Source: an uncultured Acidobacteriota bacterium (lineage in GTDB: Bacteria; Acidobacteriota; Vicinamibacteria; Vicinamibacterales; SCN-69-37). Taken from it: a stretch of 64,000 bases of DNA. The stretch is from positions 47,059 through 111,058 of the forward strand of contig CAVSRY010000011.1 of assembly GCA_963730485.1 (NCBI GenBank). Direction: 5' to 3'. The translations under genes and the position numbers were made by a program. The notes under the pieces were generated by a model. It had not been told where the DNA came from and did no database searches. It was given only the letters and a program-made list of their open reading frames with translations. Positions 29,781 to 38,556 of the stretch are shown piece by piece (the stretch's first letter is position 1; every line of letters begins with the position of its first letter).

Positions 29781-31078
29781 TTAACTGTTATCGCTCGACC
29801 TGGTCGCCGTCAGGATGCCGCCGCCACGAACGAAGAGGAACCATGCCGCCACGACGGCAAGAACGGCACCGTTGACGGCCATGACGCTCGATGCCGAGAA
29901 CCGGTCCGCCAATGCACCCGCCACCAGCCCGCCAATGGGGCCACCACCTCGTAACGCCACCATGTAGATGCTCACCACGCGGCCGCGGAGCGTCTCCGGC
30001 ACCGTCAACTGCACGAGCGAGAAACTGATCGAGAAGAGCGCCATGAAGAGGATGCCGCCGACGAACAGCAGCGCCAGGCTGAGCAGGAGCGACGTCGAGA
30101 GCGCGAACGCCGGCAATGAGGAGTCCGAGTCCGATCTGCACCACTCAGAAGCAGACGGCCCATGTGCTTCCTCGTATCGACCGTGCCCACGATCAGGGCG
30201 CCGAGAATCGCGCCGAGTCCCTGCGACGCCATCAACATGGACAGCCGGGATTCCGGCGTGCCGGTGCCCGTCAGCACCTCCGTCGCGAACGCCGGCAGCA
30301 TCGTCAGGATGGGCATCGCGAGAAACGTGCTGACGCCGACGAGGATCGTCAAGGTCAGCATGAGCCGGTTGTCGCGGACGTAGAAGAGGCCGCTCTGGAG
30401 CTCGACGCCGAGCGCCCGCCGATCGGGTGATGGCGTGTGGGGCGGCAAGTGAAGGGCCGTCAGGGCCACGACGACGATGAAGAACGACAACCCGTTGACC
30501 GCGAAACAGGCCGCGAGGCCAATCGTCGAAACGATGCCGACGCCCACGCCCGGGCCGAGTACGCGCGAGAGATTGAACTGCGTGGAGTTGAGGGCGATGG
30601 CGTTCGGCAGATCGCGTCGCGGCACGAGCGACGGGATCAGCGCCTGATACGCCGGGCCGCCGAACGCCTGTCCGCAGCCGGAGATGAACGACAGCGCGAA
30701 GATGAACCAGACGGTGATCGAGCCGTTCCAGACGAGCAGCGCCAGCATGAACGCCGAGAACGCCTGCACGTACTGCGACCCGGTCAACAGCCAGCGCCGA
30801 TCGTGCCGATCGGCGACGACCCCGCCGATCAGCATGAAGAGCAGGATCGGCAGCTGACTCAGGAAATCGTCGATGCCCAGGAAAAACTTCGACCCGGTCA
30901 GGTCATAGACCAGCAGGCTCTGGGCGAACTTCTGCATCCAGGTGCCGATCGTGGACCCGAGCGCCGCCAGCCAGAGGATCCGGAAGTTCCGGTGGGTCAA
31001 CGCGCCAGCGACCCGTGCGATCCAGGGCCGCGGCGCGTCAGGCGCGGCGGCTGGGTCGGTGGCGGGGGAGGAAGACAC
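29781..31078 (-). pseudogene. MFS transporter, one frame break
   Basis: About 12 TM segments. FRILWLAALGSTIGTWMQ, GGVVADRHDRR. Join near 30130. Confidence 0.8.
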
Positions 31079-31097
31079 GGGCTTTGGATCTTATAGC

Positions 31098-31164
31098 GGG
31101 CTCTGAGACTTGGGTCTTGGGGCTTGGGACGGGTGTTGCGGCCTCAAGCCTCAAGGCTCAGGCC
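31098..31164. repeat. heptad-periodic inverted array (GGGNCTT / CTCAAGC) in the MFS / imuA divergent region
   Basis: gggctctgagacttgggtcttggggcttggg, spacer, then gcctcaagcctcaaggctcaggcc. Confidence 0.75.
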
Positions 31165-31241
31165 ACGGGCCAGACAGGGCTTGATCCCGGGCGTCACGCT
31201 GTCTATACTCCTGCTTCGCGAAAGGCGAAAATAAAGCGAAA

Positions 31242-31958
31242 ATGAAATCCGCCGCCCGTACCCGCCCCGTCAGCCGAGAACGGCTGGAAGCGCTGCTCGA
31301 TGCCCGCAAATTGGGGGGCGTTCTGCGGCCGGTCTGGGCACTGGGAGGGACGAACGTCCACGTCACCTCCACCGGCGTGCCCCAGCTCGACCAGACACTC
31401 GGCGGGGGATGGAGACAGGGTGAAATCTCGGAGCTTGTCGGGGGGCGATCGTCAGGCAAGACGAGCGTCCTCCTGGCGAGCCTGACGGCTGCGACGGCTG
31501 ACGGTGGCGTGGCGGCCATCGTCGACGCGGTGGATCGGCTCGATCCTCGGTCGCTTGATGGCGCGGGCGGGGATCTCAGCCGCGTGCTCTGGGTGCGCGG
31601 CGCCGCCATCACGATCGAGATGGCCCGGCCGGCGCTGATCGAGGAGGTCGTCTCGCGAGCCGTCCGTGCGTTCGATCTGATTATTCGCGCGGGTGGGTTT
31701 TCCCTGGTCGCGCTCGATCTGTCGGATGTGCCGTCCCGGTACGTGCGCGCGCTGCCATGGGCCACCTGGAAGCGGCTGGCGTACGCGAATGAAGGCCGGC
31801 CTACGGTCGGTTTGATCGTCGGTCAGGAGCCGATGGGCCGCAGTGCCCGCGGTGTGTCGATCGCGCTCGCTTCGTCTCCCGTGTGGACGGGGACGAGCGA
31901 TCAGAGCCGCAGGTTCGCCGGATTCGAGAACCGCACGCGATGTTCTGCTGTCTGCTGA
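31242..31958 (+). CDS. imuA: ImuA (SulA/RecA-like) protein of the imuA-imuB-dnaE2 cassette
   Basis: TGVPQLDQTLGGGWRQGEISELVGGRSSGKTSVLLASL. Position directly upstream of imuB-dnaE2. Confidence 0.7.
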   Translation: MKSAARTRPVSRERLEALLDARKLGGVLRPVWALGGTNVHVTSTGVPQLDQTLGGGWRQGEISELVGGRSSGKTSVLLASLTAATADGGVAAIVDAVDRLDPRSLDGAGGDLSRVLWVRGAAITIEMARPALIEEVVSRAVRAFDLIIRAGGFSLVALDLSDVPSRYVRALPWATWKRLAYANEGRPTVGLIVGQEPMGRSARGVSIALASSPVWTGTSDQSRRFAGFENRTRCSAVC

Positions 31959-32114
31959 CCTCGCGTGCCGACGTGGCGCTGGCTGTCGCGCGCGCGTGCT
32001 CCCCACGCGTCCGCGTCTACGGCCCTGGTGCGGTTTTCGACGTCTCTGGGTGCTCGCGGACGATCGGGACACCAGCGACCATTGCGAGTGAAGTGCTTTC
32101 GTTGGCGAAACGAT

Positions 32115-32215
32115 GGTCCGAGGGTCGCGAGGGTCCGAAGGTCCGAAGGTCCGGTCCAGGGTTCCAGGTCCTCGAACCCTCGGACCCTCGGACCCTCGGA
32201 CCCCTCGGACCCTCC
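32115..32215. repeat. inverted array with 8-nt unit (GGTCCGAR / YTCGGACC) inside imuB
   Basis: ggtccgag|ggtcgcgag|ggtccgaa|ggtccgaa|ggtccgg, spacer, then tcctcgaa|ccctcgga x3|cccctcgga. Confidence 0.85.
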
Positions 32216-32344
32216 CCGTGTCGCTGTTGCCCCGACCGTCACGATGGCCTGGCTGCTGGCTCATGCGCGTCCGGGCATGACGGTCGCGGACGCGGCGTTG
32301 TTATCGCGGCTGCCCGTGGGGTGGCTTGGGGCATTGAGTGATCT

Positions 32345-32440
32345 GAGAGTTCGAGGAGTTCGAAGGGGTCGAGGAGTTCGAAACGTTCAGGACACCCTCG
32401 ACCCTTCGAACTCGACCCTCGAACTCTCGACCCCTCGAAC
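32345..32440. repeat. inverted array with 8-9-nt unit (GAGGAGTTC / GAACTCGAC-type) inside imuB
   Basis: gagagttc|gaggagttc|gaaggggtc|gaggagttc|gaaacgttc, spacer aggaca, then ccctcgacccttcgaactcgaccctcgaactctcgacccctcgaac. Confidence 0.85.
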
Positions 32441-33086
32441 GAGATCGCCGAAGCCCTGGCGATCTTTGAACGCTGGGGGCTTCGCACGCTTGGTGATGTG
32501 GCGGCGCTTCCGCGCGGTGATGTTCTCGCGCGGTTGGGACCACTCGGCCGGCGTTTGCATCAAGCCGCGTGCGGAGAAGACGCGGCGCCGTTCGTGCCGA
32601 TGGACGAGACGCCGGGGTTCGTCGATCGCCTGGAGCTCGAGTGGCCGATCGAAGGACTCGAGCCACTCGCCTTCGTGCTGGCGCGATCGTGCGAGCGGTT
32701 GTCGATGGCGCTCCAGCGCGCCGATCGCGGTGCCGTCGCGGTCCGTACCCAATTGCGGCTCGTGACACGCGAGACGCACGAGCGGACGCTCAACCTGCCG
32801 GCGCCGATGGCCGACGCCCGGATCCTGCGAACGCTCATCCTGCTCGATCTCGAATCACATCCTCCGCCCGCGGCGATCGACATCGTCACGATCGAGCTCG
32901 ACGTCAGTCCCGGTCCGATCGTGCAGGGATCGTTGATTCTGCCGACGTTGCCAACGTCCGAGGAGCTCGCGACGCTCGTGGCGCGATTGACGGCGCTCGT
33001 GGGCGCTTCGCGCGTGGGGGCGCCGATCCTCGTCGATACCCACGATGCGCGGGCGATCGGGATGGAGACATTTGGCGTGCAACTCT

Positions 33087-33184
33087 GGGAGGGCAGAGGG
33101 CAAAGGGCAGAGGGCAAAGGAGAGGAAAAAGTCCGGACACTCTGGCCTCTGCCTTTGCCCTTTGCCCTCTGCCCTTTGCCCTCC
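33087..33184. repeat. heptad-periodic inverted array (CARAGGG / CCCTYTG) inside imuB
   Basis: gggaggg|cagaggg|caaaggg|cagaggg|caaagga, 20-nt spacer, then cctctgc|ctttgcc|ctttgcc|ctctgcc|ctttgcc. Confidence 0.9.
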
Positions 33185-33457
33185 GAAGGCTGCGTTTGCC
33201 GATCGCGGCGCGCGTTGAGGTTGAGCGCCGCGTGCCGGTGAGCGTGCGGCCTTCGGCCCGCGGATTGTCCGGCGGTCGTGTGGTGGCCTCGTGCCGGTCC
33301 CTGGCGCTCGTCCGGCGGATGGTGGACGTTCAACCGCGCCGAATGGGATCGCGACGAGTGGGATGTGGAGCTGTCGACGGGAGACGTGTACCGGATTGCG
33401 CGCAATCGTTCGACGGAGCAGTGGGAGGTCGAGGGAATCATCGATTGAAGTGCACGT

Positions 33458-33615
33458 GCATTGATGATTTGAAATTTGAAATTGATGATTCATTGGTGAT
33501 CGGAGGATTGATGATTTCGAATCGACGGATCGAGATCGCTCATTCCACCGATCGGCAATCATCAATTCTTCAATCATCGATGGATCATCAATTTCAAATT
33601 TCAAATCATCAATGC
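33458..33615. repeat. long AT-rich heptad-periodic hairpin between imuB and dnaE2, arms about 75 nt
   Basis: gcattgatgatttgaaatttgaaattgatgat... and ...atcatcaatttcaaatttcaaatcatcaatgc. The outer ~32 nt pair perfectly and the inner part has diverged. Confidence 0.9.
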
Positions 33616-33843
33616 AGCGTCTTTGTCCATGTACATCGAGCTCCACACTTCCTCGGCCTTCTCCTTTCTCGACGGCGCGTCGCTGCCGGGGACGCTCATC
33701 GAGCGTGCGGCCGAGCTGAACTATCCCGCGCTGGCGCTGCTCGATCGCGACGGGCTGTACGGTGCGCCGCAGTTCTATCGCGCCGCCAAAGCCGCCGGCA
33801 TCAAAGCGATTGTCGGTGCGGAACTGACGATTGGGGATCTGCG

Positions 33844-33938
33844 CCACGCGGGGTCAGTCCCAGCTCCGTAAGCCTCAAGCCCCACGCGACCCACGCGGGG
33901 TCAGTCCCACTGCGTGAGCGGGGACAGACCCCGCGTGG
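33844..33938. repeat. REP/MITE-like palindromic element (one partial plus one complete copy) inside dnaE2
   Basis: ccacgcggggtcagtccca at 33844. Complete copy ccacgcggggtcagtcccactgcgtgagcggggacagaccccgcgtgg at 33891-33938, with 12-bp perfect terminal inverted repeats. Confidence 0.85.
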
Positions 33939-35385
33939 CTGGACCCTGCCCGTGCTCGTCTCGTCGGCGGAGGGGTATCGCCAGCTCTGCCGGATCATCA
34001 CGCGCGCGAAACTCCGGTCGCCAAAGGGCGAGTCGCGCGTCACGCTCGACGATCTGGCAGGACAGACGAGCGGCCTCGTCGCGCTCGTTGGCCGCGAAGC
34101 GCTCCACGCCGAGCGTCACGGCGTCGGCGGACTGATCGATCGACTCGTGGGAACCTTCGGGCGGCAGCAGGTCTGGATCGAGCTGCAGCGTCACCTCGGG
34201 CGTGCCGATGCGCCGGAGCTCTCGTCGCTCATCGATCTCGGCGCCGCGTTTCGTGTGCCGCTCATGGCGTCCAACGGCGTCCGGTTTGCCGCTCCGGATG
34301 CGCGTCCGCTCTATGACGTGCTCACCAGTATCCGGCACAAGACGACGTTGAACAGGGCAGGCCGGTTGTTGTCGGCCAACGCCGAGCGTTATCTGAAGCC
34401 GCCGGAGCTCATGGCCCGCATGTTCGCCGACGTGCCGCAGGCGCTCGCCGGCACCGAGGCCCTTGCGGAGCGGCTCGAGTTCACGCTCGCCAATCTCGGC
34501 TACCGGTTTCCGGAGTATCCGGTCCCGGCGGGCGAGACCGAGTCGTCTTTCTTGCGACGGCTGACGCACGTCGGCGCGCGCGATCGCTATCGGCCGCTTC
34601 ACGACCGCGCCCGCGCGCAAATCGCGCGCGAGCTGGATCTCATCGAACGCCTCCAGCTCTCCGGCTACTTCCTCATCGTCTGGGACATCGTCAATTTCTG
34701 CCGGCAGCAGCGCATCCTGGTGCAGGGGCGCGGGTCGGCTGCCAACAGCGCCGTGTGCTACGCGCTTGGGATCACGGCCGTCGATCCCGTGGGCATGGGT
34801 CTGCTCTTCGAGCGGTTCCTGTCGGAAGAGCGCGGCGAGTGGCCGGACATCGACCTCGATCTGCCGAGCGGCGACCAGCGCGAGCGCGTCATTCAGTACA
34901 TGTACGAGCGCTACGGCACGCTGGGCTCGGCGATGACCGCCAACGTGATCACGTATCGGGGGCGCAGCGCGGCGCGCGAAGTCGGCAAGGTTCTGGAGCT
35001 TCCCGAGGCCGAGGTCGATCAGCTCGCGCGACTGATGAGCCAGTTCGAGTTCGTCGATCCCGAGGAAACGTTCGCGCGGAATCTCCGCGAGTCCGGCCTC
35101 GACCCGGACGATCCGCGTTACCGGCTCTTCGGGAAGTTGTGGCGCGAGGTCCAGGATCTGCCGCGGCATCTCGGCCAGCATTCAGGCGGCATGGTGGTGT
35201 GCCAGGGCCGGCTCGACGAGATCGTGCCGCTCGAGCCCGCGTCGATGCCCGGGCGTGTCGTCGTGCAGTGGGACAAGGACGATTGCGCGGACCTCGGCAT
35301 CATCAAGGTGGATCTGCTGGGGCTCGGCATGATGGCCGCGCTCGAGGACGCGATCGCGATCATCAATGCACCGTATGAGGACATG

Positions 35386-35428
35386 ACAACCGGGTGTCGT
35401 CACCTTCGAGCTCAGGACACCCGGTTTC
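35386..35428. repeat. small hairpin element, GAAACCGGGTGTC...GACACCCGGTTTC family, inside dnaE2
   Basis: aaccgggtgtc, 17-nt spacer, gacacccggtt (11-bp perfect inverted repeat). It coincides with a frame change. Confidence 0.75.
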
Positions 35429-36223
35429 TTCACCGATCGATCTCGCGCACTTACCCCCGGACGACCCCGCCGTCTACCGGATGCTGCAGTCGGCTGACAC
35501 GGTTGGCGTGTTCCAGGTGGAGTCGCGCGCGCAGATGGCGACGCTGCCGCGGCTCAAGCCAAAGTGTTTCTACGACCTCGTGGTCGAGGTGGCCATCATT
35601 CGCCCCGGGCCCATCGTGGGCAACATGGTGCATCCGTATCTCGCCCGGCGCCGTGGCGATCAGCCGGTGACCTACGCGCATCCGCTGCTCGAGCCGGTGC
35701 TCGCGCAGAACGCTGGGCGTGCCGTTGTTCCAGGAGCAGCTGCTGCGGATGGCGATGGTCGTCGCCGGGTTCTCGGGAGGCGAGGCCGAGGAACTGCGCC
35801 GGGCCATGGGCTTCAAGCGATCGGTGAAGCGAATGCAGCAGATCGAGCAGCGGCTGCGCGACGGCATGGCCCGCAACGGGATTCACGGCACGGCGGCCGA
35901 CGACATCGTGCGGTCGATCACGTCGTTCGCGTTGTATGGCTTTCCCGAGTCGCACGCCGCCAGCTTCGCGCTCATCGTCTACGCGAGCGCGTATCTGAAG
36001 GCGCACTACCCGGCGGCCTTCTACACGGCGCTCCTCAACAACCAGCCGATGGGGTTCTATCACCCGGCTACGTTGGTCAAGGACGCGCAGCGGCGCGGCG
36101 TCCGGTTCACGCCGGTGGACGTCCAGGTGTCGTCGTGGAACTGCCGCATCGAGGAGAACGGCGCGATTCGGCTCGGGCTTCGGATCGTGAAGGGATTGAG
36201 AGCTGACGCGGGACAGCATATTG

Positions 36224-36310
36224 AAAAGGCAGAAGGCAAAAGGCAAAAGGCAGAAGGAGAGGAAGAAACAGGGAAGAACGGGGAACGGGGAACGGGGAAC
36301 GGGGAACGGA
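36224..36310. repeat. single-arm heptamer array morphing from AAGGCAR to GGGAACG, inside dnaE2
   Basis: aaggcag|aaggcaa|aaggcaa|aaggcag|aaggaga|ggaagaa|acaggga|agaacgg|ggaacgg x4. It coincides with a frame change. Confidence 0.85.
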
Positions 36311-36483
36311 TGTGCGTTTCACGTCCTTCGATGATCTGGTCGCGCGTGCCGGGCTTCGACAGGACGAAGTTCGCGTGCTGGCCGAGTGTGGCGCGCTGGC
36401 GGCGTTCGGTGGGGATCGCCGGACGGCGCTCTGGCAAGCGGAGCGGGCCGGCCGCCCGGCCGGCCCACTGCTCGTCGATAGCG

Positions 36484-36529
36484 ATGAAACCGGCTGTCCT
36501 CACGCCGAAGGAACGACACCCGGTTTCAT
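36484..36529. repeat. second copy of the GAAACCGG-type small hairpin, inside dnaE2
   Basis: atgaaaccggctgtc, 16-nt spacer, gacacccggtttcat. It shares GACACCCGGTTTC with 35416-35428. Confidence 0.7.
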
Positions 36530-36530
36530 G

Positions 36531-36568
36531 CCCCAGGCCCCAAGTCCCAAGCCTCAAGCCCCAAGCCC
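36531..36568. repeat. single-arm heptamer array (CCCCAAG-type) read in frame within dnaE2
   Basis: ccccagg|ccccaag|tcccaag|cctcaag|ccccaag, translated as QAPSPKPQAPSP. Confidence 0.75.
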
Positions 36569-37005
36569 GCTTCCTCCCATGTCCCTGGCCGAGCGGGTGC
36601 AGTCGGACTACGACCGGACGGGGCTGACGATTGGGCCGCACCCGATGGCCATCGTCCGCGCGTCGCTGGCGACGCGCGGCATTCAGCGCGCCAGCGATCT
36701 CGCCCGCGGACGTCCAGGCCGGCGCGTCCGCGTGGCGGGATCGGTGATCACGCGCCAGCGGCCCGGTACCGCCAAGGGATTTGTGTTCCTGTCACTCGAA
36801 GACGAGACCGGCATCGCCAACGCGATCATCACGCCCGACGTGTTCGCCATGTACAAGCGGACGATCGTCGATGAGCCGTACTTGATCATCGAAGGCACCC
36901 TGCAGAACCAGGACGGGGCAGTTTCCGTCAAGGCCGATCGCGTCGATGTGCTCGATGGCGTCGGGCCGGAAGTCGAGTCGCACGACTTTCATTGAGGCTA
37001 CTCAT

Positions 37006-37074
37006 CGTTCCCCGTTCCCCGTTCCCCGTTGACTGGCCACGTTCCACCGTTCCTCGTTCCCGTTCACTCGTTCC
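37006..37074. repeat. single-arm heptamer array (CGTTCCC-type) just after the dnaE2 stop
   Basis: cgttccc|cgttccc|cgttccc|cgttgac...cgttcca|ccgttcc|tcgttcc. Reverse-complement family of the 36270-36310 array about 700 bp upstream. Confidence 0.75.
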
Positions 37075-37266
37075 ACAGAGGAACGGCTCGGACACCACGC
37101 CGAACGCGGACGTCGAACGCGCGGAGACGGCGCGGACCGTGCGAACAGCGGCGCGACGCTGTCGGAACGCGGCGAACTGACGTTTATCTCTTCTTCAGGT
37201 GGATCCAGTGCGCATATCCGTGCAGGCTGCACACTCGTCTGGAGAAGAAGCCACCGCGGACGATAG

Positions 37267-38037
37267 ATGCGATGGTGGGTGTGTCTGGCCAGCGAAGCAG
37301 TGACCGGTATCCGGCGCGATACACACGGCGTGCCGAATCATGTCCGGACGCAGGCGGTTGGCCTCGGTATCCGCATTCTCCTTGTCGACGATCACATTCT
37401 TGTGCGCCAGGGAATTCGCCTGCTCCTCGAGACCGACCCTGAACTCATCGTCGTTGGCGAGGTGGCGACCGCTGACGACGCGCGGGCTGCTGCGGAGCGG
37501 GAGCGGCCATCAGTCGTCGTGTTGGACGCGGCTTTTGGGGTGAACGGCTTCGAGCTGATTTCGGAACTGACAGCCGGCCAGCGTGACGCCCGCGTCCTGC
37601 TGTTGACGGGGGTAAGCGACACCGAGCAGCATCGGGAAGCCATTCGCGCGGGCGCGTCCGGTGTCGTGCTGAAACAGCAGGCCGGCGACGTGCTGCGCAA
37701 GGCAGTGCGGCGCGTCCACGCTGGCGAGGTGTGGGCCGACCGCAGCACGACAGCGCTCGTCCTGCAGGAGCTGCGGCGCGGGCCCGCGCGTCACGACCCG
37801 GACTCGCACGCGGCACGCGCCGGATCGCTGACCGTGCGCGAGCGCGAGATTGTGACGCTCGTTTCGCAGGGCCACAATACGCAGCGAATTGCCGACGCCC
37901 TGTGCATCAGCGAGAAGACGGTACGCAACCATCTCGCCTCGATCTACGCCAAGCTTCGGGTGTCTGACCGCCTTGAACTCGCGCTCTATGCGGTCAAGCA
38001 CCGCCTGACGAGTCCCGCCGCGCACAAAAACGTCTGA
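37267..38037 (+). CDS. NarL/LuxR-family response regulator; start codon uncertain
   Basis: IRILLVDDHILVRQGI..VVVLD, with C-terminal LTVREREIVTLVSQGHNTQRIADALCISEKTVRNHLASIYAKL. Confidence 0.85.
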   Translation: MRWWVCLASEAVTGIRRDTHGVPNHVRTQAVGLGIRILLVDDHILVRQGIRLLLETDPELIVVGEVATADDARAAAERERPSVVVLDAAFGVNGFELISELTAGQRDARVLLLTGVSDTEQHREAIRAGASGVVLKQQAGDVLRKAVRRVHAGEVWADRSTTALVLQELRRGPARHDPDSHAARAGSLTVREREIVTLVSQGHNTQRIADALCISEKTVRNHLASIYAKLRVSDRLELALYAVKHRLTSPAAHKNV

Positions 38038-38180
38038 CATCCCGATGTCCCGGGACATGTGTCCCGGTCCTGGACCGCTACGCCTAGGTCAATCCATCCC
38101 CTTCAATTGAGTCGCGCGGCTCATGCGTCGCAGTGTGCGTGGGCCGTACCTTGTCGTCTGTGAGCAGCGGCACCCAGCGA

Positions 38181-38528
38181 ATGAGCGAGCGTCGGTCGGT
38201 CGTCCGGATTGACGGCCCGTTTCGATTGCAGTTGCGCAGGCGGGATACGGACGGCGTCTTCGACTTCGCGTCGATCGCGGACAACGTCAGCCGCTGGGGG
38301 CTGTACACGCGGCTGCTTCGTCGTTTCGACCTCGGCCGCTGCCTGTTCGGTCTCGTGTCGCTGCCGACCGGATCGTTTCTCGCGGCCCGCGGCCGCGTCG
38401 TTCGCCTCGAACGGCTGGACGGAGGGGGCTGGGGCGTCGCCGTTCACTTCACCAGCGCTCGACTCCTTCCGACTGGCACCCACCAAATCCGGGACGGCGT
38501 CCAGGGGCCGGACGCGCCCGATTGTTAG
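38181..38528 (+). CDS. PilZ domain protein (candidate c-di-GMP receptor)
   Basis: RRSVVR (RxxxR) followed by DNVSRWG (D/NxSxxG) at PilZ-like spacing. Confidence 0.5.
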   Translation: MSERRSVVRIDGPFRLQLRRRDTDGVFDFASIADNVSRWGLYTRLLRRFDLGRCLFGLVSLPTGSFLAARGRVVRLERLDGGGWGVAVHFTSARLLPTGTHQIRDGVQGPDAPDC

Positions 38529-38556
38529 CGGCCTCAAATTCAAACAGGAGCATGTG

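Larger units (their letters stand above)
31940..33448 (+). pseudogene. imuB: ImuB (Y-family polymerase-like), interrupted by three inverted repeat arrays and frame breaks
   Basis: MFCCLLTSRADVALAVARA.., then PRVAVAPTVTMAWLLA..LPVGWL, then EIAEALAIFERWGLRTLGDVAALP..., then ALRRLRLPIAARVEV.., then GPWRSSGGWW..WDVELSTGDVYRIARNRSTEQWEVEGIID stop at 33446-33448. The frame changes at each array and again near 33290. Confidence 0.7.
33629..36995 (+). pseudogene. dnaE2: error-prone DNA polymerase III alpha homologue DnaE2, interrupted by several small repeat elements and frame breaks
   Basis: MYIELHTSSAFSFLDGAS (PHP domain), [52 protein letters not shown], and OB-fold VAGSVITRQRPGTAKGFVFLSLEDETG. 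The frame changes near 33850-33945, 35390-35430, 35700 and 36230-36310. Confidence 0.85.

Noticed and set aside
32560-35181. Several 290-430-aa minus-strand ORFs (32560-33441, 32855-33847, 33901-35181)
   Set aside because: They are antisense to imuB and dnaE2, whose plus-strand translations carry the family motifs. Parts are just repeat-array translation.
31940-36995. Programmed ribosomal frameshifting or translational bypassing as the explanation for frame changes at hairpins in imuB and dnaE2
   Set aside because: Single-base frame breaks unrelated to any structure are common throughout the window (for example in pstB and the GT2 at 22655). Frame offsets here therefore carry no evidential weight. 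I saw no conserved slippery heptamer or take-off/landing codon pairs. The idea is kept only as an untested alternative in the findings.
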